The notes beneath the pieces are model-generated. The model saw only the letters and a list, made by a program, of their open reading frames with translations. It was not told the origin of the DNA and ran no database searches. The translations under genes and the position numbers were made by a program. From positions 1 through 64,000 of the IMG/VR virus record IMGVR_UViG_3300027749_000040: a stretch of 64,000 nt of DNA, one strand, 5' to 3'. Of this stretch, positions 25,538 through 40,900 are shown in pieces (positions within the stretch are counted from its first letter, which is position 1; each line of letters starts with the position of its first letter). This stretch comes from a virus.

Positions 25538-28500
25538 ATGGCCACCAGTTCAAGACAATCAGCATTATTTGGCGTTAACGATTGGCAAGCAATCTACCAA
25601 ACGTTTCGTGAAGCCGACTTCAGAAGTTATGATTATGAAACCCTGCGTAAGAGTTTCATCGATTATTTACGTGCATACTATCCTGAAACATTCAATGATT
25701 ATATTGACAGTTCAGAATTTATTGCCCTCATGGACGTTATGGCGTTTATGGGACAGGGCCTATCTTTCCGCAATGATTTAAACACCCGTGAAAACTTTAT
25801 CGATACTGCTGAACGCCGTGATAGTGTTATCAAACTTGCTAACTTAGTTAGCTATAATCCAAAAAGAAACGATACAGGTCAAGGTTATATTAAGGTAACA
25901 AGCATTCGCACTACTGAAAATATAACCGATATGAACGGTTATAATTTAAGTAATCAGATTATTCTTTGGAATGACCCGGCTAACGTAAATTTTTTAGAAC
26001 AATTCAATACAGTGGTTAATGCCACATTGATTAACAGTCAGCGTGTTGGTCGACCAGGTAACTCAGCAGATTTGCTAGGAGTTAAAACAGACGAATACAG
26101 TATTAACATTCCACCTAATAGTTTGCCCATTGCTCCTTTTAGTTCAGTGGTTGACACAATTAACATGAACTTTGAACTAGTTTCTGTAACCAGTGTCAAT
26201 GAAGATTATGTTTATGAGATTCCACCCGCACCAAGTGGTAGATTTAACATGGTTTATCGTAATGATAAATTAGGGTATGGTAGTCCAAACACAGGATTCT
26301 TTTTCTATTTTAAACAGGGTGGATTACAATCATACGATTTTAACTTAGCGCAACAAATTTCAAACCAAGTAGTAGATATTGATATTCAAGGTATCAATAA
26401 TACAGATACATGGTTATATCAACTAAACACTGACAACGGTGGCACAACACTTTGGAAACAAGTTGAAAGTGTTTATGCTAACGCTCAACTTCAAACTGAA
26501 ACAAGTAGAAAGAAAATCTTCTCAGTTGTTTCACGTTTCAATGATCAAGTTAGTTATGCTTTTGGTGATGGAGTATTTTCGGAAGCACCAGTTGGAACTT
26601 TCAGAGCATATGTTCGTGCAGGTAATGCATTGACATATACTATTGCTCCCTCTGAGATGCAAGGTATTCAAGTAACGTTTCAGTATATTAGTCGATTAGG
26701 TAGAACAGAGGCACTTACAGTAGGATTAGAATTACAATCAACAGTATCAACAGCACAGGCTAGAGAAACTTTAGCAAACATTAAATTACGTGCTCCTGCT
26801 CGATATTATACACAAAACAGAATGGTTAATGGAGAAGATTATAACAACTTCCCATATACGCTATACAACTCAATTGTTAAAAGCAAAGCAATTAACCGAA
26901 GTTCTGTTGGTGTATCTAAAAACTTAGACCTACTTGACCCTACTGGAAAATACTCCAGCACTAATTCATTTGCAAACGACGGTGGAGTATATCAAAATAG
27001 TAATAATGGTTACCTATTATTGACTATTACAAACACCGGCAATATTATTCAGTTCCTGACTGACACACTAGCGGCTTCATTGTCAGACACCAGAGCAAAA
27101 CAATATTACTTACAAAATTATACACGATATAATATAAACGCCGCATCCGGTGATGGAACAGTTTATTGGAATACTAGCACAGTTAACGCTAATAGCATCA
27201 CTGGTTATTTCTATAATATATCTGGATCAGCGGATGTTCCAATTGCAATTGGTACATACTCAACACATAATGTAAAGTATATTACAAAGGGCGCAATGAT
27301 AAAAGTTACTGCACCAAGTGGCTATTACTTTGATATAAACAACAGATTAGTATCTGGCATTGCAAGCCCAAGCGATACTACATATTATTGGACAACTGCA
27401 TTAGCAATTGTAGGTGACGGATATAATAACGGTCAAGGTAATTTCAGTAATGGCACAGGCCCGGTAACATTGAATGGTTATGTACCGAGCGGAGCAATCA
27501 TTACTCAAGTAATTCCTGCATTTAGCAACACTTTACCTAATCTTGTATTACAAGAATGTATTACCAGAATGGAATTAAATCAAGATTTCAGCTTAGTGTT
27601 TAATAATTCATTATTAGTAACACAAAATCGCTGGTCGGTTGAAAATTATAATACTTCTAATTGGTTTGTTAATTTTCAAAGCACCGGTGATAATACTTAT
27701 AGAATTTATTATAGAGCATTGCGTTATTATTTTGGTAGCGTGTCGGATACTCGTTTTTGGTATGAAACAGGTAAGCTTGTTTATGATCCTTTTACTGGTA
27801 AAATTTTAGCAGACAATGTTAAAATGCTAGCAACAAACACACAACCAAGTAGTAATTATCCATTGGCAAAACCAGTTGATGTGGCAGTTATTGGTCAGAC
27901 AGTAGAGTCAGATGGATATGTGAACGATTTTGAAGTAGAAGTCTCTAGTGTAGATGTTAACAATACTGAAATCATTCTTGACCCTGACTTCTTTCAAACA
28001 GTAACCGGTTATGTAACAGGCTCGACTAATATTGGTATATATGCATTCTTTGAATTGATTCAAGATGCAGTGAATTTATCACGTTACCAATTAATTGATT
28101 CAGCTAATGTAGCATATCAATATTCAAACCAATCTTTGATTGAAGTCGTTAAGTATGAGTATCCGTTAGGACAATTGTTTTATGCATATAGCGAGAACAC
28201 ATTCTACACAACTGTACAAGATACTACAGTTACAACTCCGTACTATATTGTTACCCCACAACCACAATATTTAATGCAACCAGGTCGTCAAGGTTTACAG
28301 TTCCAGTATAAGCACAACAGTAACAATACAACACGGATTGATCCTGCTACTACGAATATCATTGATTTGTATTTGGTAACACAGGCATATTATACCGCTT
28401 ACCAAAACTGGATACAAGATACAACAAATACTGTCCCCAAACCGGCAGTGCCAACTATTAACGAGTTACAACAAGCATATGGTAAGATTGATGACTATAA

Positions 28501-28909
28501 GATGTTGACAGATAGTGTAGTAATGAATAGCGTCCGTTTTGTTCCACTGTTTGGGTCTAAAGCACCTGAGCAATTACGAGGTACTGTTAAAGTTATACCA
28601 TCACCAAATAGTAGCGCAAGTAACAGTGAAATTCGTAGTGCAGTATTATCTGCTATGAATAGCTATTTTAATATTAATAATTGGAATTTTGGTGACACGT
28701 TCTACTTCTCTGAGTTGAGTGCATACTTGCATACACAATTGGGTGACTTAGTAAGTTCAATAGTTTTAGTTCCAAATAATCCCACAATGTCATTTGGTGA
28801 TTTGTATGAAATCAAATCAGCACCGTTTGAAATTTTTGTTAACGGTGCGACAGCAAATGATGTGGTAGTAATTGCAGCCTTGACACCCGTGCAATTACAA
28901 ATAAGATAA
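25538..28909 (+). CDS. gp6: Baseplate wedge subunit (gp6-like)
   Basis: FNDYIDSSEF, ENFIDTAERRDSV..LA....YNP, FGDGVF, ETL..IK.RAP..Y.TQNRMV..EDY; late box at 25513-25520. Confidence 0.88.
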   Translation: MATSSRQSALFGVNDWQAIYQTFREADFRSYDYETLRKSFIDYLRAYYPETFNDYIDSSEFIALMDVMAFMGQGLSFRNDLNTRENFIDTAERRDSVIKLANLVSYNPKRNDTGQGYIKVTSIRTTENITDMNGYNLSNQIILWNDPANVNFLEQFNTVVNATLINSQRVGRPGNSADLLGVKTDEYSINIPPNSLPIAPFSSVVDTINMNFELVSVTSVNEDYVYEIPPAPSGRFNMVYRNDKLGYGSPNTGFFFYFKQGGLQSYDFNLAQQISNQVVDIDIQGINNTDTWLYQLNTDNGGTTLWKQVESVYANAQLQTETSRKKIFSVVSRFNDQVSYAFGDGVFSEAPVGTFRAYVRAGNALTYTIAPSEMQGIQVTFQYISRLGRTEALTVGLELQSTVSTAQARETLANIKLRAPARYYTQNRMVNGEDYNNFPYTLYNSIVKSKAINRSSVGVSKNLDLLDPTGKYSSTNSFANDGGVYQNSNNGYLLLTITNTGNIIQFLTDTLAASLSDTRAKQYYLQNYTRYNINAASGDGTVYWNTSTVNANSITGYFYNISGSADVPIAIGTYSTHNVKYITKGAMIKVTAPSGYYFDINNRLVSGIASPSDTTYYWTTALAIVGDGYNNGQGNFSNGTGPVTLNGYVPSGAIITQVIPAFSNTLPNLVLQECITRMELNQDFSLVFNNSLLVTQNRWSVENYNTSNWFVNFQSTGDNTYRIYYRALRYYFGSVSDTRFWYETGKLVYDPFTGKILADNVKMLATNTQPSSNYPLAKPVDVAVIGQTVESDGYVNDFEVEVSSVDVNNTEIILDPDFFQTVTGYVTGSTNIGIYAFFELIQDAVNLSRYQLIDSANVAYQYSNQSLIEVVKYEYPLGQLFYAYSENTFYTTVQDTTVTTPYYIVTPQPQYLMQPGRQGLQFQYKHNSNNTTRIDPATTNIIDLYLVTQAYYTAYQNWIQDTTNTVPKPAVPTINELQQAYGKIDDYKMLTDSVVMNSVRFVPLFGSKAPEQLRGTVKVIPSPNSSASNSEIRSAVLSAMNSYFNINNWNFGDTFYFSELSAYLHTQLGDLVSSIVLVPNNPTMSFGDLYEIKSAPFEIFVNGATANDVVVIAALTPVQLQIR

Positions 28910-28933
28910 GTATATAACAACTAGAGAGTTATA

Positions 28934-31900
28934 ATGGCAGCAAGAATTAGAACTTTAAATTTTTTACCTGAAGTATTCAGAACTCCTACTAATGCACAAT
29001 TTTTAGGAGCCACATTAGATCAACTTGTAGACCAACCAAATACAATGCGTATTCAGGGCTATATTGGTAGTAAATTTGGATATGGTATAAATGCTAAAGA
29101 CAAATATGTAATAGAACCTACAAAAGTTCGTACGGATTATCAGTTAGATCCGGGAGTAGTATTTACTAAGACAAATACTTCCACAGCTACAGATTTCATC
29201 ACGTATCCTGGCATCATTGATGCATTAAAATTAAACGGTGCTGTTACTGATAATAACGATAGATTGTTTAATAGTCAATTCTATTCATGGGATCCGTTTG
29301 TTGATTTAGATAAAGTAATCAACTTTAACCAATACTATTGGTTGCCATTAGGACCACCTTCGGTAACAGTAGCAACGGATATAGTGTATAACGCACAAGA
29401 TTATAATGTTCAAGATGATCCTAATGCTTATATCATTTCAAGTGATATTAATCCAGATGGTTCCGCTAACCCAACATTAACTCTTATCCGCGGTGGCACT
29501 TATACTTTTACCGTAAATCAAAATAGTCCCTTCTGGATTCAAGGTCAACCTGGTGTTACTGGATATGATCCAAATCAACCAAATCTATTAACTCGTGACG
29601 TATTAGGAGTTACTAACAACGGAGCAGAGACTGGCATTGTAGAATTTATTGTTCCTTATAAAAATGCACAGGATGAGTATAATTTTCCTGGCAACAATTT
29701 AGTTGACGTAGTATCATCTGCACCGTTTGATGACATTGAGGGTAGATTATTAAGTGATGTTGTTGACATTGACGGAGTTACTGCTCTTGAAGGTTTAACG
29801 GTAATGTTCTACAATACCGGTGTTCCCGATGAACAAGGTTTTATAGGTCAATATTATGATACTACTTTATATGATGAAGAAACAAATGAGTCTGCACCCA
29901 ATGAAGGTGGCGCACCATATGTATTTCCCGGTACAATCATAAATGATGCTAATTATGAAGGTGGTTATTATACTAATGTATCTGCAACATTTTACAGAGT
30001 AACATATGTAGGTGATCCTACTAATCCCGTTATCAAATTAATACCTGCTTCAAGTATTCCTACTAATGAAAAAATTACTGCAAATTATGGCACACAATGG
30101 AAAGCACGTAATTTTTATAGAAATGTTCAAGGTAATATTAATATAGTTCCTTATCTAAGCAGTTTGTTAGATACATTATATTATCAAGATGGCACTGTTT
30201 CAAATAAAGTAGGCGTTATCAGGTTGATTAATAGTAATATTACTAATCAAATCAACGTACTTGAAATTTTAGGTCAACCAAATTATACCGCACCAAACGG
30301 TATAGTATTCACTAATGGATTAAAAGTTACCTTCAACGGTGATATTTATCCTACCAGTTATAAGACAGGTGAATACTACGTACAAGGTGTTGGTACTGCA
30401 ATTGAATTAATCAACACTATTGACTTGATAGTTCCAGAATCATTTACTGAGGGAACGTACAATCCTTGGGATACATTACCATACGACATTGGTAACTATG
30501 ATGTTACATTATATATTCCTGTAAAACAAGATTACATTACAATTGCTAGAAATAGTATAGATAGAAATCCATGGTCACGAAGCAATCGATGGTTCCATAT
30601 TGATGTTATCAATGCCACTGCAACATATAATAATAATCCAAGTATTGCCACAACATATGCAACACAGGATAACAAGGCAAAACGCCCAATTATTGAATTT
30701 TATCCAAATTTAAAATTGTTTGATAATTGTATAGTTGGTAAACAACCTATAGACTTCTTTGATGTGAGAACAACTGATGCATTCACTCAAGTCGCCGGTC
30801 AATATAATTACTATCCTGATGTAGAAGTTTATACTACTGCAAATGCTACTATTGCCACAGCCTCATCAGCTACATCTACCACAATTTCAATACTTGCAAG
30901 TAATGTTTCAAAAGGTGCGTTTCAAGTAGGACAATTTATTACTGACTCTGCAGGAAAATTACCTAGAAATTCTCAAATTACTTCCATTAATGGAACTACA
31001 ACATTAACACTTACAGTTGGATGGAGTAACCCCACATCATTCATTGGTGTGTCAAATGTATCATTGGTTGCTAATGATATATCTAATGATAATTATGCAT
31101 TGTACGATGGTGCTAGAATTGTATTCTCAATTGATAATGATGCTAATGTTAGAAATAAAATTTATGTAGCTCGTTTTTCAAGTATTCACGGAACAACTCC
31201 TGTCATAACATTAACTGAAGCAGACGATGGTTTGGTGCTACAGAATGAAGGCACAGTAGTATATAAGGGTTATTATAATCAAGGTAAAGATTTTTACTAT
31301 TATTTTAACAATGATCCAACTGTATTAGAAAATGAATGGCAAGAAGGCCAACAAAAAACAACTGTTAATCAAGCACCATTGTTTGATGTGTTTGATGATG
31401 CCGGCGTAAGTTTTGGTGATAAGGAAATTTACATTGGTTCATCATTTAAGGGTAATAAATTATTCAGTTATGGCATTGGATCAGGAATCAATGATATTGT
31501 ATTAGGATTCCCACTTCGGTATAGTTCCGTTAATAATGTAGGCGATATTAGTTTTGATGTGCCGTTAAATTCTAAAACATTTAATTATGTTCGAGGAACA
31601 ACTCCTATTACTAGAAAAGTTAACACAGGCTATGTACACAACTATAGTGATTTAAATACAAGAACCAGAGCATTAGGTTGGCAGACGGCTGTTGCAGAAA
31701 GTCGCCAATATCAAATATTCTCATTTAACTATGTAGGTAACAGTGGTGTCACAACTTATATTTGTGATATAGGCGCAGCCACAAATACAGTTTGGCCTAA
31801 CATCCAAGTTTATGTAAACAATGTATTACAAGACACCAACACTTACACCTATACTATTAATCCAACAACTACAGTAGTTAATTTTACAGTACCTAATACG

Positions 31901-34900
31901 CTAGTAGACACAGTAGTTGAAATTACATTATTGAGTGACCAAGTAAGTAAGACTGCTTATTATCAGATACCTAATAATTTACAGAATAACCCCTTCAACA
32001 CTGATATAACAACAGCTAACGTAGGTGATATTCGTGGACAGTATCAAAGTATTTTCTACAATAATCCAAATACAACCGGTACAGTATTTGGCGCAAATAA
32101 TTATCGTGATTTGGGTAATCTTGTACCATGGGGTAATAAAATTATTCAGAATAGTGCATCATTGGTGTTGCCCGGCACCTTTTTAAGAAAGCCAGGAGTC
32201 AATTTATACGACTCATTGCAGTATAATAGTAATCAATATATTTCATTCAAAACTTTACTAATAGATACTGTTAATAAAACAGAATATAATGTATATCAAT
32301 CTTCGGCAGTAATGCTAGATGATGCACTGGATCAAATCACCATATCTAAAGTAGATAGCGCGCCGTTCTTCTGGAGTGATATGCTACCTAGTAAATCACC
32401 TTATGCTAGCAACTCATATACTTTTGCAAATTCATTAGATGTTAGTAGATATCCATTAACCAGAATTTATAATTTTGATACTGCAAACTATTATGGAGTA
32501 TTGGTATATCTAACACGTACTGTACAAGGTTATACTAGTATTACTCAATTGGTTATTGGAATTGATTATACTATCAGCGCAACAAGCCCGGCACTAACAG
32601 TTGAGACTGATTTGTTACCCGGAGATATTATTACAGTTAATGAATATTATCAAACCTACGGATCGTATGTTCCAAATACCCCTACAAAATTAGGCTTGTA
32701 CCCATCATTCATTCCTGAAGTAATACTAGATGAAAACTATACTAACCCTACATACTTTATTCGCGGACATGATGGGTCTTATACAAAATTATATGGAGAT
32801 TATATTGACGGGCATCTCGTAGACTTTAGAGATAAAGTCTTGCTTGAGTTTGAAACTCGAATCTATAATAATTTAAAATTAAGTAATATTATTCCTATAA
32901 GAGATTATGATGTTGTTCCTGGATTTTTCAGAACTACTGATTATTCTTATGATGAATTCTTATCAATTTATTCTCAGTTTTTCTTAAACTGGGTTGGACA
33001 AAATCGGGTTGAGTATAAACAACAAATTGGATATACTCCTACTAACCAATTTTCATACAACTACAGCCAATCTGGCAATAAAATTAACAATGCTCAAATT
33101 CAACAAGGATACTGGAGGGGTATATATCAATACTACTATGACACATCACAGCCTGATGTAGCACCTTGGGAAATGATAGGATTTACTAGTCAACCTGCAT
33201 GGTGGACAACACGTTATGGTCCTGCACCATATACCAGTGATAACTTAGTATTATGGGGTGATTTAGCCGCAGGTCTTAATTGGAATAACGGAGATCCTGT
33301 TATAGTAACACAATGTATTAGACCACAGCTACTACAAGTATTACCTGTTGATAGTAACGGTAATCTAGTATCACCGTTTGACGCAATTGTAGGTAATTAT
33401 GACGGTAGAAGTTTCCGCAATGATTGGAAAGTTGGGGACGTTGCATCAACAGAATTTTCGTATCGTAGAAGTAGTTCATGGCCGTTTGACTTAATGAAAA
33501 TATTAGCATTAACTAAACCTGCTGAGTTTTACAACTTAGGCGTTGATGTTGACAATTACAAATACAATAGTGAATTCAATCAATTCTTAGTCAATGATAG
33601 AAGCCATTTAGTAATTGCAGATGTTCAAATTTATGGTGATGGCATTGCCAAAACAAGCTATATCAACTGGATTGTTGATTATGAAAAACAAGTTGGTATC
33701 GATTCAACACAAACAACTATAGATTTATTAGCCAACTTAGATGTTCGATTAATATATCGTGTTGCTGGCTTTACTGATAAAACTCTTGTTAACTTTTATG
33801 TTGAAAAAGGATCGCCTAATAGCAACAACGCATCACTGTTGATACCCTCTGAAAGTCTGAATGTATTATTATATGATAATATTCCCTTCAATAAAATTAT
33901 ATACAGTGGTGTTATTATACAAAATTCCGGTACTGGCTGGAAAGTATATGGTAACTCACAAACAAAAGCATATTTTACGGTAAGTAAACCAAAAATCAAT
34001 GGTAACTATAATTTAGTGACAGTTGAAGGTGAATCAGTACAAGTTGCTAAAGATTATTTTGAAAACACAGAAATATTAATACCGTATGGTACTGAGTTTG
34101 TATCTAAACAAGATTTGGCTCAATTTATTGGAAGTTATAGTAATTATTTAACAACACAGGGTGTATTGTTTAAAGAAATAGAATCTGGAATAGATGTTAA
34201 CTGGAATCAAATGATTGCAGAATATTTATATTGGACTCAATCTGGTTGGGGGAAAGGTAGTTTACTTAATTTAAACCCGGCAGCCAATTTGATTACTATT
34301 CAGAAAGATAGTTGTGTAGTACAACCATTGACACTACAACGTCAAAACTTTATATTAAATCAAAATTTATATCCAATTCAATCTGTTGATTTAGCAGTAG
34401 TGCGAGATGACACACTATTTACTGCTACACCTCTTAATCAAGGTGATACCGTTGCGTATGGTCAGTTTAATATTAGTAACTTTGAACACGGTGTTGTATT
34501 CAACAACGTTACATTATTCAACGATGTGATTTATAATTTGATTACCGGACTACGGCAGAATCGTATTATAACTCGTGGTACAAAAACTGCTGACTGGAAC
34601 GGCACTATTGATGCACAGGGTTTTATCCTTAATCAAGATAATATACAAGAATGGAATAATATAACCAAATATACTAAAGGCGTTATTGTAAAATATAAAA
34701 ATAAATATTGGGTTTCATTAAGAGTATTAGAACCAAGTATGACATTCGACGGTAGGTACTGGAAAGAAACAGACTATAATGAAATTCAAAAGGGATTACT
34801 ACCAAACCCAAGTACACGTAGTTATGAAAGTGTATTATATTACAATACAAACACTCCTAACTTAAGTAAAGATGCTGACTTATTAAGTTGGTCATTGGTT

Positions 34901-37900
34901 GGATACCGCCCTCGCGATTACATGGCTCTGGCTGACCTAACTGATATTACTCAAATCAATGTTTACAAAAACTTGATTAAAGAAAAAGGCACAAAGATTG
35001 CCGCAGAAAACTTTAAAGGTATTAATTTACCACAAGGTGGCATTGATTATGATATCTATGACAACTGGGCCATTAAGACCGGCGAGTTTGGTGGCGTGTT
35101 AGATAATAACTTTATTGACTTTAAATTAAATCAAAATGAATTGACCGGAAATCCTTCTATAGTTGGATTAACAACAGGCACCTACACAGACGGGGTACAA
35201 CAAGAAGTCCCATTGTATTCTGTATTCAATTACGGCAGACCTATTACTAATCCTAATGTTTTACCAACGATTCCCGCAAATACACCTAACAGATTATATC
35301 CGGATGCAGGTTATGTTAATTTTAATGACATAACTACGTATGGCTATTACTATAATGATTTGAATCTTGCACAAACACCTTTGTCAAAATTATATGTAGG
35401 TGAATATGTTTGGGTCGCTGACTATAACGGCACTTGGCAAGTATATACGCCTATTTCAAATGGTAACTTGATTCAAGTATTAAACAATTTGAATGGGACT
35501 GTTACACTACAATTTGCTGAACCACATGGATTAACAAAGTATCAAACTATTGCAATCATTAACTTTGATGACGCGGTTAACGGTTATAGAATTGTACAAG
35601 CAGTTGTAGATAATTATAGAGTTACGATTGCACTATCATTAGTTTCTACTATAGCAAGATTGACTAACACCAATAGTATTGTAATGCGTTTCCAGTCACA
35701 GCGTGTAAGCCAACCAAGTGATATTGTTAACTTACCTTTATTGAATACTGAATTTGTTAAAAACAAAGTATGGGTAGATACTAATACTGACGGTGATTGG
35801 GCTGTATATCGTAAAAGCATTAATTATCAACTAGACTTAGAGTTATTAAAGACCGGATCAGAAACATTTGGTAGTGCAGTTGCAACTACAAGTGATTTAG
35901 GTTATTTAATTGGTGATGCTGATTTAGGTGTAGCATATCGTTACACATATAACCCTGTATTCGAACGCTATGACCTAGCACAAACACTAACTGGTTCTGC
36001 TAGTTTTGGTTCATCAATAGGATACACCGGTTCAACTTTTGCTATTAGTCAACCTACGGGAACATTACTTGCAGATAGAAAAATAAAAATATACACATTG
36101 ATAAGCACACTTCAAGTTAATGAGTTACAATTTTTACAAACAATTCAAGCACCAACTGGCATAACAAATTGGGGAACTAAAACAGAATTTTCTGGAGATG
36201 GCAACTGGTTATTCATTAGTGCATATGAACAAAATGCATTCTATGTATATCGTAAATCTCAAGTTACTGGTTTGTATGAATATAACACTATTATAACATT
36301 GGGTAGTCTTGTTACCGGTGATAATTTCTCATATGCATTGGCAACTAACTATTATGGTAATACATTAGTAGTTGGCGCACCCGGAGTTGACACCGGTGTT
36401 ACTAATAATACAGGCACATCTTATATATTTGAACGAGTGATGCAAAACTTTGAAGTGAGGTTTACTAGTCAGCCATTCGTGCCGCAAACATTTAATTTAG
36501 TAGCCGGTCCTTTAACTAGGACAGCAATCGGAAGTTCTATTAACTCTAGCAATGCCATTACATTGTCATCAGTTGCAGGACTGTCAGATGGAGTGAATGG
36601 AACACCAATTGTATTTACAGGTAACGTATTTGGTGGTATATCACTAAATCAAGTTTATTATGTTAAATTAATTTCTGGTTCAACAATCACTCTTTCATTG
36701 ACAAGAAACGGAACAACATTGGTGTTAGCAAACACACCATCTGGTACAATGACCATGGTTGCACAAACATCACCAATCTATGTTAGTGTCAATGGAACAT
36801 TAATAGATGACAATAACTATGCTGTAATTGGATCATTGTTAAATGTATATCAATCATTAAACGCAGGTGATATACTAACAGTTAGTGGATCTACCTTTGT
36901 GTTGATACAACAATTTACCGCAACTGACACTATTACAATTGGCGAGCAATATGGTTATAGTGCAGACTTGGATACATATGGTAATGAACTTTTAATTGGC
37001 GCCCCTTTCCAAATTAATTCACAAAACAAAGAAGGCACAATTTATCGTTATACTGATGGCGGCGGAAGTTATGGTATTATTACTGGTACGATTGATTGTC
37101 AAGTCACCACACCAACGACTATTTTATTGAATGGTTATGCTGTTGCTATACCTGTAGGTAATGCATCAGTGGTTGCGGCAGCAATAGCAGGATCAAATAT
37201 TACTAATGTAACCGCAACATCAATAGATAATAAACTTGTCATATCGTTGATTAACATAGAATTAGCAACAATCAATGACAAGTTAGATATTATTACACTT
37301 ACTGGTAATGCAATGTATCAATTGGGTATTTCAAAATACACATTTACACAAACTATCACTGACCCGCATACCGCCGGTAGAACTCAATTTGGTACTGTTA
37401 TCAAATTTAATGATAATGGTTCATTTGTAGCAAGTGCACCGGCATCAGCACGTTATGAAGCAACTACATTCGATTCAACCGATGATGATAATTATAACAA
37501 TGATACATTGTTTGATAATAATACAACACAGTTTGTAGATATCGCAAGAAACGCCGGCGCAGTTTACATGTTTGACTATGCTGAAAATTATAATGAAAAT
37601 TTAACAAATGTTGGTCAATTCATATACGCTCAAAGTGTAAACGCATTGAATATAGACTATGGTGCACAACCATACTATGGTACTGCGTTAGACTTTAATG
37701 ATAATACGGTAGTAGTTGGTACGCCTGGCTTTAGACCGGGATATAACAATGGTCAAGTAATTATCTACACAAACTCATCTGGTCTAGCGGATTGGTCTGT
37801 ATATCGTCAACCAGAAATAGCAGTCGATGTTAACGGCATTCAAAACGCACAACTATACAGTGCATCAACTAACAACACATTAATAAACTTAGATTACTTT

Positions 37901-40900
37901 GATCCATTACAAGGAAAAATATTAGGCGTAGTATCAGAAAACTTAGATATAATTTCTAATGCTGATCCTGCATCATATAATAGTCCTAATACAACTATAT
38001 CTGGATCTAGTGTTTGGGGCACTAAACAATTAGGTAAGTTGTGGTTCAATACAAGTTCTACTAAATTTGTTAACTATCATCAGTATAATGATGTAGTATA
38101 TAATAGCAAATGGTGGGGTCGTGTATTCCCTGGTAGTCAAGTTACAATTTACAGTTGGATTACAAGTGATGTGGTTCCGGCCGAATATACAGCTACCGGT
38201 ACTCCATTGAACTTAACAGATTATGCTATTGAATATGTATTAAATTCAACCGGAGCTATTACCCCTGTATATTTCTACTGGGTAAGAAATACTAATATCA
38301 TCTTCAACCAGATAGGTAAAACATTAAGTGATACTATATGTGAGGCATATATTAGTGCACCACAGGCATCTGGAATCGCTTACTTTGCACCTATACAATC
38401 TAATGTAATGGGTTTGTATAATACAAGTGAGTATGTCAATTCAACTGATACAGTAATGCATATTGGTTTTGCTACTGGTACAAATGATGATGATTCGCAT
38501 AGTATTTACAGTTTGATTCGTTCAAACTATGTAGATGATTTCTTACCCGGATTGCCTGCATTAACAAGTTTACCTCCCCTATCATTATATGATAGAATGT
38601 TAGATAGTATGAGTGGAGTAGATGAATCAGGTGCCATTGTTCCTGATCCATACTTACCAAAACCAGTACAGAGTGGTATATTAGTTCGTCCTCGTCAAGG
38701 CTTCTTCTATTCACGCTTTGGTGCATTAAAGAATTACTTAACACTTGCTAACCAAGAATTAGCACAGATTCCGTTTACAGAAACTCAATCTAGTAAATTT
38801 TTATACACCGTTGGACCTATAAATCCAAGTACAGGATTACCATTCTATGAAACAACTGACTACTGGGAATATATAAACTGGTGGCAACCCGGCTATAATG
38901 ATAATACTAAATCTGCTATGTTAGTAGAATCATATTTTCAATTAGCAACTATTAATGCACAGAATGGATTAATTGTAACTGTTAATAAAAACGGTGCCGG
39001 CTTCCAAGAAACATACAGATATGATAGCACGGTATCTACTTGGGTCCGTATAGGATTACAAAATGGAACAATTCAATTTAAGAGTTCATTGTGGGATTAT
39101 GAAACAGCACGATTAGGGTTTGGTGATAATTTCTTTGACACAACACCATTCGACACATATCCAAGTCAAGAAACACGCTCTATCACTCGATTCTTAAATG
39201 AAGAATTACCGAGTGAAATATTTGCTTTCAGAAATCAAGGATTGATTTTATTGTTTAACTATATAATGAGTGAAACAATAGAGAGTCAAAATTATCTGCC
39301 ATGGTTAAACAAGACATCATTTATTGATGTAGCACACACGATCCGTGAATTACTTCCTTTAGAAGTATTTCAAAGTGATAATCAAGATTTCTTGTCTGGA
39401 TACATCAATGAAATTAAGCCGTATCATGTAGTTGTTAAAGATTTCTTATTCAAGTACACTGGTACAAACTTATGGGCCGGCAATATTACTGACTTTGATT
39501 TACCAGCACAATATAACACAAATTTACAGAAATATATAACACCTGAATTAGTATATGCTAATCCAAGCGGCGACAGTCAATATTTACCAACAGATGCTAT
39601 ATGGCAAGACCCTGCATATACAAATTGGTTTAACAATTACGGCGTGAGTATAACCGGAGTCAATGCTTATCCAATAACTACCTTAGCATCATATTTAACA
39701 TTGAATAGTAATTCAATGGTAGTAGATAACATTTATGGTTTTCCAATTAACGGAACAATTAAGATTTATGATCCCACTGATCCTGAAACAGATTTAAGTA
39801 AAAAAACATTTGAAATAATTGCTTACTCAAGTGTTGACAGAGCATATAGTACATTAAGTGGATTGACTCGCGGAGTTAATGATACACCTGTATCAAATCA
39901 TTTACCCGGTCAACAACTTTACATTGATCTACCTGCAATATTAGTATTAGATGGTGGTCGTGGTTATGCTAACCCTCCTAAAGTTACTGCATATATAGAT
40001 ACATCAATTTATCCAGCACCTAGAACTGAGGCTATTTTGCAACCAGTGATGAATTTGGATCAACTATTACGCATTGATGTTATCAATCCAGGTGATGGCT
40101 ATGTAGTGTTACCGCAAATAATAATTGAACCTAGTTCAGTTATTACATTTGCAAGTTCAGAAGTTGATTTATTAACCAACACTATTGCTATTCAAAATCA
40201 ACTTATACAAACTGGTGATTTGGTTCGTTACTACACCGGTACTGATACGACCGCAATTGGCGGCGTAAAAAATGACCAATACTATTATGTTAATGTCTTA
40301 GAGTCAGTACCTGCATATGTTCTTGCATTATATACTACCTATGCTGATGCATTACAAGATCGTGACAGAGTAGTATTTTTAAGTACAGGTACCGGGGAGA
40401 ACAATAATTTAGCTGTCAGTGCAAGAGCAAGTTGTGTAACTAGTTCTCGCCCTATTCGTGAAAACATAATGACACTACGCTATGACAGAACTACATATAA
40501 TTCTCAAGTTACTGAGTGGACTAAAAATAATTTCTATGGAAGTTTCTACGCTGGCTCGTTTAAAAATACTGAGCAAATTGCAAGCTCTGCACTAAGTTTA
40601 GAATCTTCACAGCCTGCAATTGATACTATTTTGGCAAGTGCTCAGGGAGCAATTTTTGAAATTCAAAATATACGAAATGATGAAGTTGTAAAATGGTCAT
40701 CTAGAACCCGTACGGTTACTAACACAACAACTAGTACTAATTTAATAACAATTACACCTAGTATTGGTGGAACACCTGATGAAGGTTTTGTAGGACCCAC
40801 TACTGGTTTCTATGTAGGCATGCCAATTAAATTTGCAGGGGCAGTATTTGGTGGATTAGCGGATAACACAGTTTATTATATTAAAGAAATAGTAAGTCTA